Below are positions 8,399 to 21,752 of a DNA stretch of 64,000 bases, piece by piece (position 1 is the first letter of the stretch; every line of letters begins with the position of its first letter). The translations under genes and the position numbers were made by a program. Location: positions 15,748,001 to 15,812,000 of the forward strand of contig NC_092674.1 of NCBI RefSeq assembly GCF_964355755.1, written 5' to 3'. A model generated the notes under the pieces. That model was not told the origin of the DNA, did no database searches, and saw only the letters and a list, made by a program, of their open reading frames with translations. Source of the DNA: Antedon mediterranea (Eukaryota; Animalia; Echinodermata).

Positions 8399-11300
8399 AT
8401 GCCTAGGCCTATCCAATTAAATATTCAGGGTTTCTGTAAGTAATATGTCCTAGGCCTAGTTGTCTGTCAAAACCCTACCTAATCTACTACTAGGCTAGCC
8501 TATAGTAGGCCTAGCTAGGCCTAGGCCTAGCTAGGCTAGTATAGTTAGGCCTAACCCTTTAGCCTCCCGGCCGGGCAGGAGGCTAGCTTTGGTCTTGCCT
8601 ACTCTAGCCTAGGCTAGAGTAGGCTAGTAGAGGCCTAATAATAATAAGCTTAAAAAGGGCGTCTAGGCCCGCCGCTTTTAAATTGGGTAAGTAAGCTCGA
8701 AAGATTGTGGTGTGACTAAAAATGCAGTAGGCCTAGCTAGCACTCTGTCCCCCGGACCCTACTCTAGCCCGGCATTATATATGACAGGTTGGGCCAGCAA
8801 CTATGGGCGGCCATTAGGGCCAAAATATACAAACGTTGCCGTACGAACAATTCGGCTCCCGTAAGGCAAACTAATGGCGTTAAAGACATAATTCCTCGAG
8901 TGACAACAAATATTGCCGTACGAAAACACAAACATATTGCCGTATGGTTAAATTGGCGTAAGGACAAAAATTGGCGTAAGGACAAAAATTGCCAAAAGGA
9001 CAAAAATTGCCGAAAGGACAAAATTGCCGAAAGGACAAAAATTGGCGTAAGGACAAATTGGCGTACAGTCTAACTAAATATAAACGTTGAGGGCAGCATA
9101 GTATTTTAAAACCACGTGACTGAAACCACTCTGTGTCCAGTCCTGCTGGGGAATAAAAGCACGATCATGGAAGGCATGTGTCAAGCCATGGAGGTACCTC
9201 CATGGTCAAGCTAGCCAACAATAAGCCAGCCAACAATAAGCCAGCCCACTTTTATTTTTTCCAGCCAACAATAACTATGAAACGCCGTTTGTGTATTTTT
9301 TACATTTTCAGTGTTACTTATGGTTTTTATGGTATTAGAAATTAAATATTTGTGAGAAAACGGCGGATTGCTCCTGGGAGTTACTTGGTGGGATTATACT
9401 AGGGTACCTCCTTAGTCATTTTTCTCATGTGTAGGCCTACTGTACCGTAAAATCACGTTGTCTCTCAGGAGGACTAATAGAGTATTGATATTCTTCGAAT
9501 GAGGTTAAATAATTAATTTTTATTTACTATCTTGTAATATCATATTTTTATTGAATTTTACAATTGTTAATAGTAATACACAAAATATTGTGATTTTATG
9601 TAATTATTTTACCGAAAAATGTTTACGTCTTTTTTGGCTAAAAACGATCATTTTCGGTGATGTTTTAGGCCTTATATTTTAGAATCTACAAGTCAGATTT
9701 TCATGATTATTTCTTAATTGTAATATTTAATAATATATACTAAAAACCGTGATATACAAACTTTTGAATATACATCGTTATCCCTAATATTAAATAAAAA
9801 TAGAACTTCTATTAAATAGAATTCATTAATACATGGGCAATTGAGCATGATCAATATTTGTCTTTGATATTGTTGGCAGAAGTGGCACACCATACACTTA
9901 GGCATTCTATACTGATACCAGGCAGGTGAAATGAATGGCTAGCAGTTGGTATGGTCATGTCTCAGCAAACCCAGTAATTCACTTGCTTCAGCAGTGCGAA
10001 TGATGCATGGTTTATGAGGTCGAGATAAACAAAAATTAAAAATTACATTTAACAAACTGTTCAGGCTACAGTGCTATTATAATAGGTCCTACTAAACAAC
10101 CAAAATATGGAATACTGAATTTTTTGTTATATTTAAAAAAATAATAGTGCTTTATTAACAAGGTACACTTTGTAAGTAATTTGTAGGACCGTAATAAAAG
10201 TAAATAAAGTCGATATGTAGGGACAAGGGTGTTGAACGAATCTAATGTAGAGTTTGGAATTTATAACAATAATATTTCTTTAAAACAATTTTGATAAATA
10301 CTGAATATTCCATACTAACCATAGGGCAGCAGGATTGGTGTGTTTAAAAATCTACATTCTAAATTAATTTGACTTAATTTATTAATTATTACACAGATAA
10401 AACCCCGGTAAGCAAAGTTTTGATGCCGATCATCGCTATACCATCATTAATCTTGAATTTTACACCCACATTGAGGCCATTTTTCTTGTACAGTCTTGAA
10501 GATTTAACAAATCCATACAAGGTAATTACTGCATACAGTAAGCATATTCTTATGAATTTTAAACAAGGAACAACACATTTTTATGGTCATGTTTTGTTTT
10601 TTTATCTTAATTTGGCTGATAAACTTGTTGATTGTCAAGATCATTATTTTCAATAAAATTCCAATATCCTTCTGCTATTTTTGTTAGTTATGTTTAACTC
10701 TAAAACAACACAGAATAATTTGTAGCTTAATTAACATGTAGTGCATAAAGTTGTGCATGTGACCTGTCTGACATCATGTTTGATGACGTTCATCATCACT
10801 GTATTTGTGCACCCTGTCATTTCTTCTATGCTAACTGTACACTGTATATTAAATGTGCAGTACAGTGTACAGTGTATATATTCTGTAAATTAATTAAAGT
10901 TAATACCTGTTGTTTTTATTAGGTCTGGAGGGTTTTATCATGTAAACTTGTTTTTCATCATACAACTGATCTTGTGTGTGGCCTTATACTTATCTACTAC
11001 TTTCGAATTTTTGAAAGAAGAGCAGGTTCAAGAAAATTCTGTGTAAGTTATACATGATATGGTAGTAGACTCAAATCTAGTAGTCTTATCATCAGTGTAG
11101 CATTTTATTTTACCAAAATCTCCAAAAAAGCCTTTTTTTTTTCTTAATTAAATCAAGGCAATCTAACATCAGGACGTTGAACTCGACTTGCTAAGATAGG
11201 CTAACAGACTTTGATCTGCGGTTAGATTTTGGCGAATTCATACAACAAATGATTCTCTTAATACAATAGAAGCCACAGGGACATTTTTGAGACAAAATAA

Positions 11301-14300
11301 AAACGGAAGTTTCCCCTTAATTGGGGTATTCGTTATTTTGTTACCATAAAGAACAATTAACTAATGTGGACTCAAGAAATTGAGGAGAAATGGAACCACA
11401 GGGATTGGGTGACACGGGGTGGTGGTGATAAAACCGCAGTAATAAAGTTGATTGTATTTATACAGTATAAGAACCACACTAAATAAATACAGTAAGACTT
11501 TCGGCGATTGGAAATACTAGCTCTTATTTAGTAACAAATTAAATTGTAGTCTACAGTCTTATTAAGCTAGGGATTATAAGACAGTTTGCTAAATATTTAG
11601 GGCTAATCATCGGTTGCGGTGTTAAAATTCCTGGAAACACTTGTGTGAACAAAACTGGATCGAATTTCTGTCATGAGTACTGATTTGTTAGGCCGCGATT
11701 TATGGGATCTATATAGACTTATTTTTTCGAATAAATGTACGTACCTATCACATCTTGTGTCGTATAACAAATAAGTACTGTTACCTTTACTGAAGTTACT
11801 ATTACAACCTCGTCAATAAAAACACAAATATGGATTTGTCAAACAAAATGATTTATTTACAAATATGTATATGTTTATTCACATATTTATGAAAACGCAT
11901 ACTATAAAGTTGCCGTTGTCTGTAAAATGATGTAATCCACCTGTTTACAGGAGTAATTAAAAACCAAATTGTATGTTTTCACCATTGACGGCCATTGGAG
12001 TGGAGCTGTACATGGAGGTTGGTGTTTGCCTTCCAATCCCAAGGTCCGGGGTTCAATCTTGACTTAGTGCCATATATGGTTATAACTCACACTCTTTCAA
12101 CTGCTCTCCCTAGCCTCAAATTGAGACTTAGTTTAAATTCATGACGCCAATTATATACTCTACGATAATCATTTGATTTCATAACTTTATATTTGATGTT
12201 GTATGAGTAGGCCTAATTCACTGGTTGGATGATGACCGAAAACGTGAGCTATAGCCACAAACAAATGACCTAGTTTATTTCTTATAAGCCTAACTACTCT
12301 CCCAGTTTGATGAATCTTCATTTATCGGTTGTGGATCTAAATTATCCGAAAGCCACTCTTAGTGTTGATTAAGTTTGCTGTTCTGTATACAATACCCGAT
12401 ACTATTTCTAATCTAAGCATTTGTCAAAATAATGCGCCCTCTATTTACCGAGGAATTTGAAGCTTCAAATTGACATGTTCCATTCATTGCAAATCAATAC
12501 ATTTGTATAAACGTATATTAAATCTATCAAAATAGTATTTGTTAAATAAAATCGGCCTGTCTTCAACATTATGATGCTGTACTCGAGCTGTTCAACCTGT
12601 TCAACCAATTATCGTAGAAAGAGACAGGAAAATGCGAAGCATCCTCGTATTATTGTGTGCGGATATTTTTCAAGATGGACATCCATTAGACAGTGTATAC
12701 CACGATTGAAAAACACCCCTATTTGGGGAAAATCGTTGAACCTATTTGTTTTAATTGTAAATACCTAATTATCTAACTCAATTTAATTAGTAAACAGGGT
12801 TATTTACATCAGGTAGTTAAAATCAGTACCGAAAGTATGAACCAACTTTATATACCATCAAGTAAAAATTCTAGAAGGCGCGATTTACCGAATTTTTTGC
12901 TTACGTAAAGTTATATAATAGTATACAATATTACAATAGCAACAATGTTAAATATTTAACAAGCTCACTTTTACAATACTGTATGTTTGTTTCCATTTAT
13001 TACAGTCATATATTCAATCGATGTTCATATTATGTACATTGCTGGAAATCTTTTGTTTAGTTGTGATGCAACATGGATTTGAAAAACTAACCTGGAAACC
13101 TGGATTGTAAGTTTACTTAATAATTTATATTAATTATTTATTATTACTATTACTGTATTTTGAAATATTTGTCAGATGCCAGAGATTGTAGACACACTGA
13201 AAATACTGTACTAAGAAAGAAATGTCTGCAACTAGAATGCAGAAAAGCTAGGAAATTGAAATCAGAAATATACACTAGCATTAATTTAAGTAGTGTACAT
13301 ACATTATTGTTTGTTTTCTATAGTCACAGTGTATTGATGTCATTTTTTGTCAAATTCTACATGGATGTACCTAGGACAAATGCAGCTTCAATATGTGGGA
13401 TACCTTTTAGTAGCAAGTCAATTACTTATTTTATGGGATTACAAGTAAGATTGTGTTATGCTTTATTCTAGTTAAATGGTAGAGAATGATAGGCTTTAAA
13501 TAAGGGTTTAAAAGAAAGTCTGTTTTAAGGTTTACTAAAATAAATGTGAATTAACTTGCATTTCTAACAGTCAAACATGTTGGTGGTCTTGCACATGAAT
13601 AGGAATATACTCAATTATACAGTAGTACATATAATTTGAACTAATTATTATATTTTACAGATAGTATTTTTAGAACCAATGAATGCAATATTTAGTGTTT
13701 GTGGAATTCTAATGGGTATCTTATATCGACTTAATTTCATAAATCTCCAAAACTGGTTTAATATTCCTGAAAGTGTTGCAGATTTTGTTAGTAGAACCAT
13801 AGGAGCCATAGTAAGAACTAAGCCACCACAGCGACTTTTGCAGCCCATGGGAGCAACGAGAGAAATTCAACGACAACAAAGAATGGAGTTATTAGAACAA
13901 GAGATGCTATTAACACAGGCACAAGGCTTTTTAAATAGACAAGTGTGTATCCAACTATTTTCAACCTATTTGGCTTCAATCTTATAAGTGCAAATCAAGT
14001 ATTAACAGGAATTTCAAATCATGATGTCCCACTTTTTATCATAGCATAATGATGTGTGTGAGCACCTTTTGTTGACGTCATGTATCATACATCGTCATTG
14101 ATGCATAATGATGTGTGTGAGCACCTTTTGTTGACGTCATGTATCATGCATCGTCATTGATGCATAATGATGTGTGTGAGCACCTTTTGTTGACGTCATG
14201 TATCATGCATCGTCATTGATGCATAAACATTTATATATCATAATCAAACTTCAATTGCATCACAAACTGTCATTACTCCAGAGCATTTTATCACAATTCT

Positions 14301-15051
14301 TGGATGCATTACATAGTCAAGTGATCCTACAATTGAGGCTAAAGCATTGTCTACACCATCAAACTAGTTTGATGTGCCCAAATATGGTAGTGCTATGCCC
14401 AATGTGGTAATGATATGAGATCATCATGTCTATATATAGGCACATCACATTTTTTTGTCACATAAAGTTTGATAGTGTAGACAGCTTTAGAACTACCTTT
14501 TGACCATTAAGAGTAGTTGTACAGTTCAAAAAATGCATACTTAAAAGATAAGTATGAAGTGTACATGAAGAAAGCAATTTTTTTGCATTTCATATTTACA
14601 CTCTGTGCTTGAATAATTTGAAACTGGTTAGAGTACTGTATCTAATTAATTTTTTTTTTTTTCAATATTCAGCATTCCATTCGGAGAAGGCACAATGCCC
14701 GGCAAGACCAAATACAAACAGGTAAATTTAGAGATTAAAAGTTGTATAATTAGATTATGTAGCTAAATATTACAATATATAATATACAACTGTATCAACA
14801 ATTTAAATAACATTACATAATATTATTATAAACAGTTCCTTTTGTGAATCTGAAGTTTGTGGCAGTATAAACATTTTTCTATTACAGGAATTCATATGAA
14901 TAGAGATAATGGAGCCCCACAGCAACCACCAGCAGAAGATAAGATAGTACAGCTGATTGAAATGGGATTCAGCAGGTCAGATGTTCTACAAGCTTTGTCG
15001 GTTGTAAATAACGATGTTACAATGGCTACTAACCTTCTATTGCAAGAATAG
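8399..15051 (+). CDS. UBAC2: Ubiquitin-associated domain-containing protein 2 (rhomboid-like pseudoprotease + UBA), 8 coding exons, 332 aa
   Basis: Exons 8399-8435, 10397-10521, 10923-11042, 13006-13106, 13324-13444, 13661-13942, 14673-14721, 14888-15051. All GT-AG and phase-consistent; total 999 nt. Motifs YKTPVSK, VWR, YFRIFERRAGSRKF, MGATREIQRQQRMELL and UBA LIEMGFSRSDVLQALSVVNNDVTMATNLLL. AATAAA at ~15082. Confidence 0.95.
8930..9065. repeat. Short tandem array of ~17-19-bp GGACAAAAATTGGCGTAA-like units (likely a transposon subterminal array) in UBAC2 intron 1
   Basis: About 6-7 imperfect copies visible. Confidence 0.7.
12003..12270 (+). mobile_element. Degenerate tRNA-derived SINE
   Basis: tRNA-like head ...TTCCAATCCCAAGGTCCGGGGTTCAATC with a B-box-like GGTTCAATC, followed by a non-tRNA body; boundaries approximate. 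Confidence 0.45.
12470..12921. repeat. Dispersed repeat; inverted copy at 27661-28062
   Basis: For example TATAAACGTATATTAAATCTATCAAAATAGTATTT...GGCCTGTCTTCAACATTATGAT matches the reverse complement of 27960-28026. Confidence 0.85.
14044..14226. repeat. 59-bp minisatellite x3 (UBAC2 intron 6)
   Basis: GCATAATGATGTGTGTGAGCACC... starts at 14044, 14103 and 14162. Confidence 0.92.
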
Positions 15052-15516
15052 CTAAGGGCCTGTTTTCCCTGAATAGTCCCGAATAAACCGTTTATTAAAA
15101 AATACAATTTTTAGACCAACCGCATTTATGCTAAATCTAGACTCCTAAATCACCGTTTAAATTTGTTTTTTGTAGTTGACAAAATATAATTTTAAAAAAT
15201 AGCCATTATTTTGCATTGCAGCTAGTTCTACAGTGACAACTGGTTTTTCATTTGGTGTTTTAACCATTATTTGCTTCAATTTATCTGGTTATTGAAATTT
15301 GTTTTTTTTCTGCTGCCAAGAAATTAGGGGTACTTTATTAATACAGTTAATAATTGTTTAATTCATTTTGTTGCAGCAGAAACAGGACCTATCATCTGTT
15401 TTGAAAATTGACTACTTACACAAAATATCTTTGCTGTATATTGCACTGTATTAGTTGCAAGGATAAATGTTGAAATATTAATTAGTAGTATTAGTAATAT
15501 TAATATATAATAAATA

Positions 15517-15841
15517 CATAGTTACCAACCTGAGAGATCATGACTAAAGAAATATGCCGGCTATCGGCCTATCATTTTTTAAAAATTGATTGTAATTTTT
15601 CCCTGATATTATGTATTTTTGTTGATGTGTGGTGTTATGAATACTAATAATGTTCTATACTTTTGCAATATACCAATTAATTTGAATGCATTTTCCTCTT
15701 AAATTGTGATAAAAAGTGATCACGCATATACTTCTGCTAAATGCGTGGTCATGCATGTGTTTGTTCAAAATGCGTGTTTCATTAAAAATCACGTTGAAAT
15801 GCGGCACCGTTGTGCACAATGCGAGACAGTTGGTAACTATT
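15517..15841. mobile_element. MITE (~325 bp)
   Basis: TIR ATAGTTACCAAC / GTTGGTAACTAT; flanked by TAAATA on both sides (15511-15516, 15842-15847). Confidence 0.7.
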
Positions 15842-16517
15842 TAAATAAGTAGTGAAATGATCTCTATTCTACTGTATATACAGTAAACCATATTAATTGT
15901 TTAGCCTAAATGTTTTTATATAACACCAATCATTTGATTGGATGATTGTGGGTCACATGTCGTGCAATAATACGCACTATTAAACGATCTAGTGTACAAA
16001 TTACTGTGGAATACAACAGCTCCACATGTTGTCTTGCCTCTGTTTTGTTTGTAAACACCACCAAGATATGCAGCAGCATTATGTGTACGATTTGGAGATA
16101 TATACTGTATGTACTAATTTCATTCAAAAACGGCATTTAAATTAGCTTTAGATCGTTTTTAGGATTTTGATTAATTAATGGGGACATCCCTACAAGACAT
16201 GGAATCGTTAGAAAAAACATAATTACCCTATATATAGTTCTAGTTGCCTGTCGAAGTTTCGTATTGCTGCAGCCTAGTGGGCCTAGGCCTGCTAGTAAGC
16301 TAGGCCTGCCTTGCTAGGCCTAGGATTGTTTGGTCGTTTGTTGATATAATTAACACTATAGTAGGTGCGTTTATAAAATCCAGATAAATAATAATATCTA
16401 ATATAATTAATAAAAACCAAATGTTACTGTTAATCAATGTGAATCAAATGTAGGCCTTGGCTAGGCCTAACTTTTTTATTTGATTCAAATGACAGGAATC
16501 TATTTAGATGTTATAAA

Positions 16518-16684
16518 ACAAATACTGAATATTTTATATTCGTGTAATGGTACAAATAATAACTGGTGAATGATGAAAGGTTAAATATCAACTCGGCTGT
16601 CGCCTTGTTGATATATAACCTTTCATTATTCACTTCATGCCATTATTTGTACCATTACCCTCATAAACATTGATTATTTGTATA
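16518..16684. mobile_element. Hairpin (palindromic) MITE; partial second copy ~52605-52668
   Basis: GTAATGGTACAAATAAT...GAAAGGTTAAATATCAAC pairs with GTTGATATATAACCTTTC...ATTATTTGTACCATTAC. Confidence 0.7.
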
Positions 16685-16995
16685 TTACTAAACCTATCAT
16701 TGGTTCCAAGTATATATTGTTCAATTCAATTAAAAATACGTACATTTTATTTCTCAAAATCAAAAAAGTGAAATTGTCTTCAATAATAATTATAACTATA
16801 CTAAAATCTTAACCATAAGAAAAGAAGAAACTAAGCAAGAATTTGATTTGATTTGCTTTGTTCAAAGCAATGAAAAAAATGACACACAACAATAGAGCAG
16901 TTACCTAAACTAATTAATTAAGGATATAATTGGGCCATTAACAATTTAATAGTGCTCCTTAGACCCAACATTTTCAAATTTAGTTAGAAGCATAA

Positions 16996-18242
16996 AACTT
17001 GGTATGGCAGTACTGTATAACTTGGTATGGCAGTACTGTATAACTTGGTATGGCAGTACTGTATAACTTGGTATGGCAGTACTGTATAACTTGGTATGGC
17101 AGTACTGTATAACTTGGTATGGCAGTACTGTATAACTTGGTATGGCAGTACTGTATAACTTGGTATGGCAGTACTGTATAACTTGGTATGGCAGTACTGT
17201 ATAACTTGGTATGGCAGTACTGTATAACTTGGTATGGCAGTACTGTATAACTTGGTATGGCAGTACTGTATAACTTGGTATGGCAGTACTGTATAACTTG
17301 GTATGGCAGTACTGTATAACTTGGTATGGCAGTACTGTATAACTTGGTATGGCAGTACTGTATAACTTGGTATGGCAGTACTGTATAACTTGGTATGGCA
17401 GTACTGTATAACTTGGTATGGCAGTACTGTATAACTTGGTATGGCAGTACTGTATAACTTGGTATGGCAGTACTGTATAACTTGGTATGGCAGTACTGTA
17501 TAACTTGGTATGGCAGTACTGTATAACTTGGTATGGCAGTACTGTATAACTTGGTATGGCAGTACTGTATAACTTGGTATGGCAGTACTGTATAACTTGG
17601 TATGGCAGTACTGTATAACTTGGTATGGCAGTACTGTATAACTTGGTATGGCAGTACTGTATAACTTGGTATGGAAGTACTGTATAACTTGGTATGGCAG
17701 TACTGTATAACTTGGTATGGCAGTACTGTATAACTTGGTATGGCAGTACTGTATAACTTGGTATGGCAGTACTGTATAACTTGGTATGGAAGTACTGTAT
17801 AACTTGGTATGGCAGTACTGTATAACTTGGTATGGCAGTACTGTATAACTTGGTATGGCAGTACTGTATAACTTGGTATGGCAGTACTGTATAACTTGGT
17901 ATGGCAGTACTGTATAACTTGGTATGGAAGTACTGTATAACTTGGTATGGCAGTACTGTATAACTTGGTATGGCAGTACTGTATAACTTGGTATGGCAGT
18001 ACTGTATAACTTGGTATGGCAGTACTGTATAACTTGGTATGGCAGTACTGTATAACTTGGTATGGCAGTACTGTATAACTTGGTATGGAAGTACTGTATA
18101 ACTTGGTATGGCAGTACTGTATAACTTGGTATGGCAGTACTGTATAACTTGGTATGGCAGTACTGTATAACTTGGTATGGCAGTACTGTATAACTTGGTA
18201 TGGCAGTACTGTATAACTTGGTATGGCAGTACTGTATAACTT
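16996..18242. repeat. 23-bp minisatellite AACTTGGTATGGCAGTACTGTAT, ~54 copies
   Basis: Near-perfect tandem array with no spacers; four units carry GGAAG instead of GGCAG. Confidence 0.98.
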
Positions 18243-18259
18243 TTGTTATACATTATACT

Positions 18260-19027
18260 TTTGTTGGCATTTTATTTCTGACAACCTTAAGTGGCACACT
18301 CGCATTTCTTCTGTCTACAAATCTGCTATCAGAAAAATCTCTATTCTTAAATACCTTAAACACTCCCTTGATTCTGATACTATTGCTTTTTTATATAAAT
18401 CCTACATACAACCTGCTATTGAATACTCTTGCTCTACCTATGGTCTCCTCCCCCCAATGTGAAATCGCCCGAATTAAACGCCTCGAACTCTATGCCGCTA
18501 AACTCTCTGATCATGCTACTTATTCTACCTATCCCGCCATATTTTTCAATATTATTCCCTTCTCTTTAAGGCATCAGTTTTTTTACTTAAATTTCTTTGT
18601 GCCATCACGCCCTGAACACCCTCTTCGTCCATTTCTTCCTCCTGTTCGTAGGCTACTATGTCTATGGTCCTTCGCCATAATAATACTACTCGTTTTCTTC
18701 ACTCTACTCTACCTCACTCTCTCACTCGCTCAATCTTTTCATCTTAACGTGTCTTCCTCTTCTGTGCTTGATATTAAAACTGCCCTTAAGATGTAACCTA
18801 TAATTTTTTACACTTATATTAATTATTATAATAACAATAACAATAACCATAATAACAATAATTACAATAATAAAAAAAATAATAATAATTACAACCGTAG
18901 TAATGACTATCATTTTTGTGTTTAAATTTTAAATGTAAATATGTATATGTTTGTATGATGTATGTTTAAGCGGATATTAGCCCCTGATGGCATTTGCAGC
19001 AATAAAAAAATTGAATTGAATTGAATA
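18260..19027 (+). mobile_element. 5'-truncated, degenerate LINE 3' end (CR1/L2 group)
   Basis: ISDNLKWHTRISSVYKSAIRKISILKYLK...LYKSYIQPAIEYSC is typical post-RT sequence; ends AATAAA + (TTGAA)n tail. Confidence 0.75.
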
Positions 19028-19150
19028 AGTTTTGAGGCCATTTAAAATTTGACCTCAGATAATGTCCGATTCCTCGGAACTCGTAAACAGTAAATCCTAG
19101 AAACACGAAAATAATGGCAAATTATGCAGAAGTACTACTTTCAATAGAAA

Positions 19151-19953
19151 TATCAAAGAATATATATCACAAGAATGAGTAATCCGCGATTTTCCCTGTA
19201 ACAGTAATATTGTCCATGTGGTAGGGCGCCGCCATAAGTGTGGATGTATCTGGGATGTATACAACTTTTTGTGACGCTTTCAATAATCAAAGGCTAGACC
19301 ACCGGTAGTATTTTCATGACAAAAAATGTTATCAACTACATGCCAACATCATGTTAAATACTATTTGGATATTTAATTGTTCGTTTTATGCAATTTATTT
19401 AGTAAAAACTGCCGTATAAACAGTTTGCTTTATCAACCGGGCGCTACGATAGCGTGACCGGGCGTGTTCACAAAGGATAGTTTAATAATATTCCTATATC
19501 TAACTTCTTTCTGGTAAAACAAATAAATGTTAATGACATTTAACATTTTGTCCTATTAATAACATGTATTTTATACTAATTTATATCATAAAAACAATAC
19601 TTAATTTACCGGGCGTAGAGTAGTACACGGCAATGGTAAAGAATAGGCCGTGCTGAGTAACGATTCGTGATTTTTGGTGTTGCTGTGTTAGGCTTTTTTT
19701 GTGAACTAACTTAGCATGTTAGTAAATAATTGTCTGTAAAAGTGAATGTACACTAGTTTGTTATATAAAATAGTTTACAATTGCAAAAACTATTATCATA
19801 ATTCTATTTAATGTGACATGTATAATATCTATTAAATCAAGTCTTATTTAGCCCTTATGAGGGCGGGCATCACTCACTGGAGCTCTCTGTTACAAATTCC
19901 TCATGCAAAAATCGCGGATTACTCAATCTTGTGATATAATTATATTCTTTGGA
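19151..19953. mobile_element. MITE (~800 bp) nested in a larger dispersed repeat
   Basis: TIR CAAAGAAT..ATATCACAAGAATGAGTAATCCGCGATTTT versus AAAATCGCGGATTACTCAATCTTGTGATAT..ATTCTTTG; empty site visible at ~52540-52560. Confidence 0.8.
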
Positions 19954-20790
19954 CATATGCATTAAAAATAATAGATCTGGACCTACTGTACCGTCAGTAT
20001 ATGAGATTTTACTGTGTTGACATTTAGTATGTTGTTAGTATGTGAAAGAAATAAGAGGGAATCTTTTCGTAGTAATCTTATTTCAAACATTCTGAAGATA
20101 GTCTGGTCCGGCATAGAGATTTTTATTGATTAAAATAGTTTTTTTACATACAGTAAATCCCAACCATAGTGAGGCTGAGGTAGTAATGTCTTTTCCAACA
20201 AGTCCATCAATCCCAAAACACAGTAACTAAGTACTAGTAATGCCAAAGTAATTTTTTACAATAGTTTATAATTATTTAGTCTCCTATCAATTCTTGATTC
20301 TTGATTATATTGATGTGTAAACCAATTAAAACAACCTACAATTGCTGAGCGAGCCTTCTCACTCCCTGCCGAAATTTACTTGATTTTCCATCACCCACAT
20401 CTTTTGAAATAGATCTATGTTGATGGTAATGCTGAGTGTCATGGTCATTGCAAGGGTTTTTCAAATTACTGTGTAGTAATTTGTGCAGATTTTGCTTATC
20501 CATGGTCTAGAGTATGACCAGCTACCAAAAAATATACTGCAACATTACATTTTTTAAATGAATTAATTGTGTGATATCTAGAATGGTTTGAGCAATTAGC
20601 TGCATGGAAAACATGTTATACTGTATTTTGATTATGATTGTTAACAATAGCTTCTCTGCTCAAATAAGTATGAAGATTTTACAAATAACTTTACTAAACT
20701 AAACAGTATTCATGGGTCTGACCACTTATACTTGGTGAAAATCATAAGAGGGTGGCACGTTTGGAAATGATATAGTCATGGCATTGAAAA
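19954..20790. repeat. Dispersed repeat (probable non-autonomous DNA element); inverted copy at ~50890-51610 and ~52430-52600
   Basis: Long reverse-complement match, e.g. CTTATACTTGGTGAAAATCATAAGAGGGTGGCACGTTTGGAAATGATATAG versus 50900-50950. Confidence 0.85.
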
Positions 20791-21752
20791 TGGTAACTGT
20801 CACAACACAAATACCGATCATCAAGTACACCATCTAGATTTCGGGGTCGATATGATATGGAAAATTGATATTTAAAAAAAAAAAACCGACAAATATTCTG
20901 TGGTAAACTATCCCCCGTCGGACACCATCCCGGCTTTTCTGAGTCTAGGTTTCGGGGTCGATATGATATGGAAAATTGATATTGGGAAAAAAAAAAAACC
21001 GGCAAATAAGTACAGCAGAGAAGCTATTGTTAACAATCATAATCAAAATACAGTATAACATGTTTTCCATGCAGCTAATTGCTCAAACCATTCTAGATAT
21101 CACACAATTAATTCATTTAAAAAATGCATAGAATGCGCGTCACGTATTAACAGAGTGAGAAAACATCCAATTTTTTTTAAATATTAGTTTTTATTTGGTT
21201 CTATGGGTTTGCATTTACTTGGTAAATAACTAATATGCATATTAAAATGTTGACATTTGACCTTATGTCAACTGATGAAATTGACCTTATGTCAACTGAT
21301 GAAATGATGTAGGCCCCTATTCGCGCTTTTACATTGCGTATAATAAAAGACCAAATTGTGCTTTAATAAATTTGTTATAATACATAATACATTGTTGTAA
21401 TTTGTCAATTTTGAACTTTGACACCCGTGTTTCCGCAGCCAAAACAAAATTATCGGTTAATTTTTTAACTAATAAAGTCCGCATGATTAGTCATTACCAA
21501 ACAATCAGATGCCCAATCACATCGCAACAATTGTTCTTCAGGTCAAAGGTTAAACATTATCGCATTTATTCGATAATTATCTGATTTGAATGAGATAATT
21601 ATCGGTTAATTTGTCAGTTAACAGTTAACAGCGGAAACACGGCCATCAATACAAGTAAATCGAAAGCTCTCTCTCTAATGTGCATATCGATAATTTCATA
21701 GTAACATCTTTGCGCTACCGTATCACAACTTCTGGTCTCATTGTGCATTCTA

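Noticed and set aside
6266-9073. ORFs 6266-6634, 6358-6546, 8108-8416, 8764-9021, 8789-9073
   Set aside because: Low-complexity translations of transposon subterminal repeat arrays.
16996-18242. CRISPR-like array (also 32824-33059, 35475-35845, 56480-57200)
   Set aside because: Head-to-tail repeats without unique spacers, no cas genes, eukaryotic context.
16946-18253. 435-aa ORF
   Set aside because: Translation of the 23-bp satellite (23-aa period equals 3 units); no evidence of coding.
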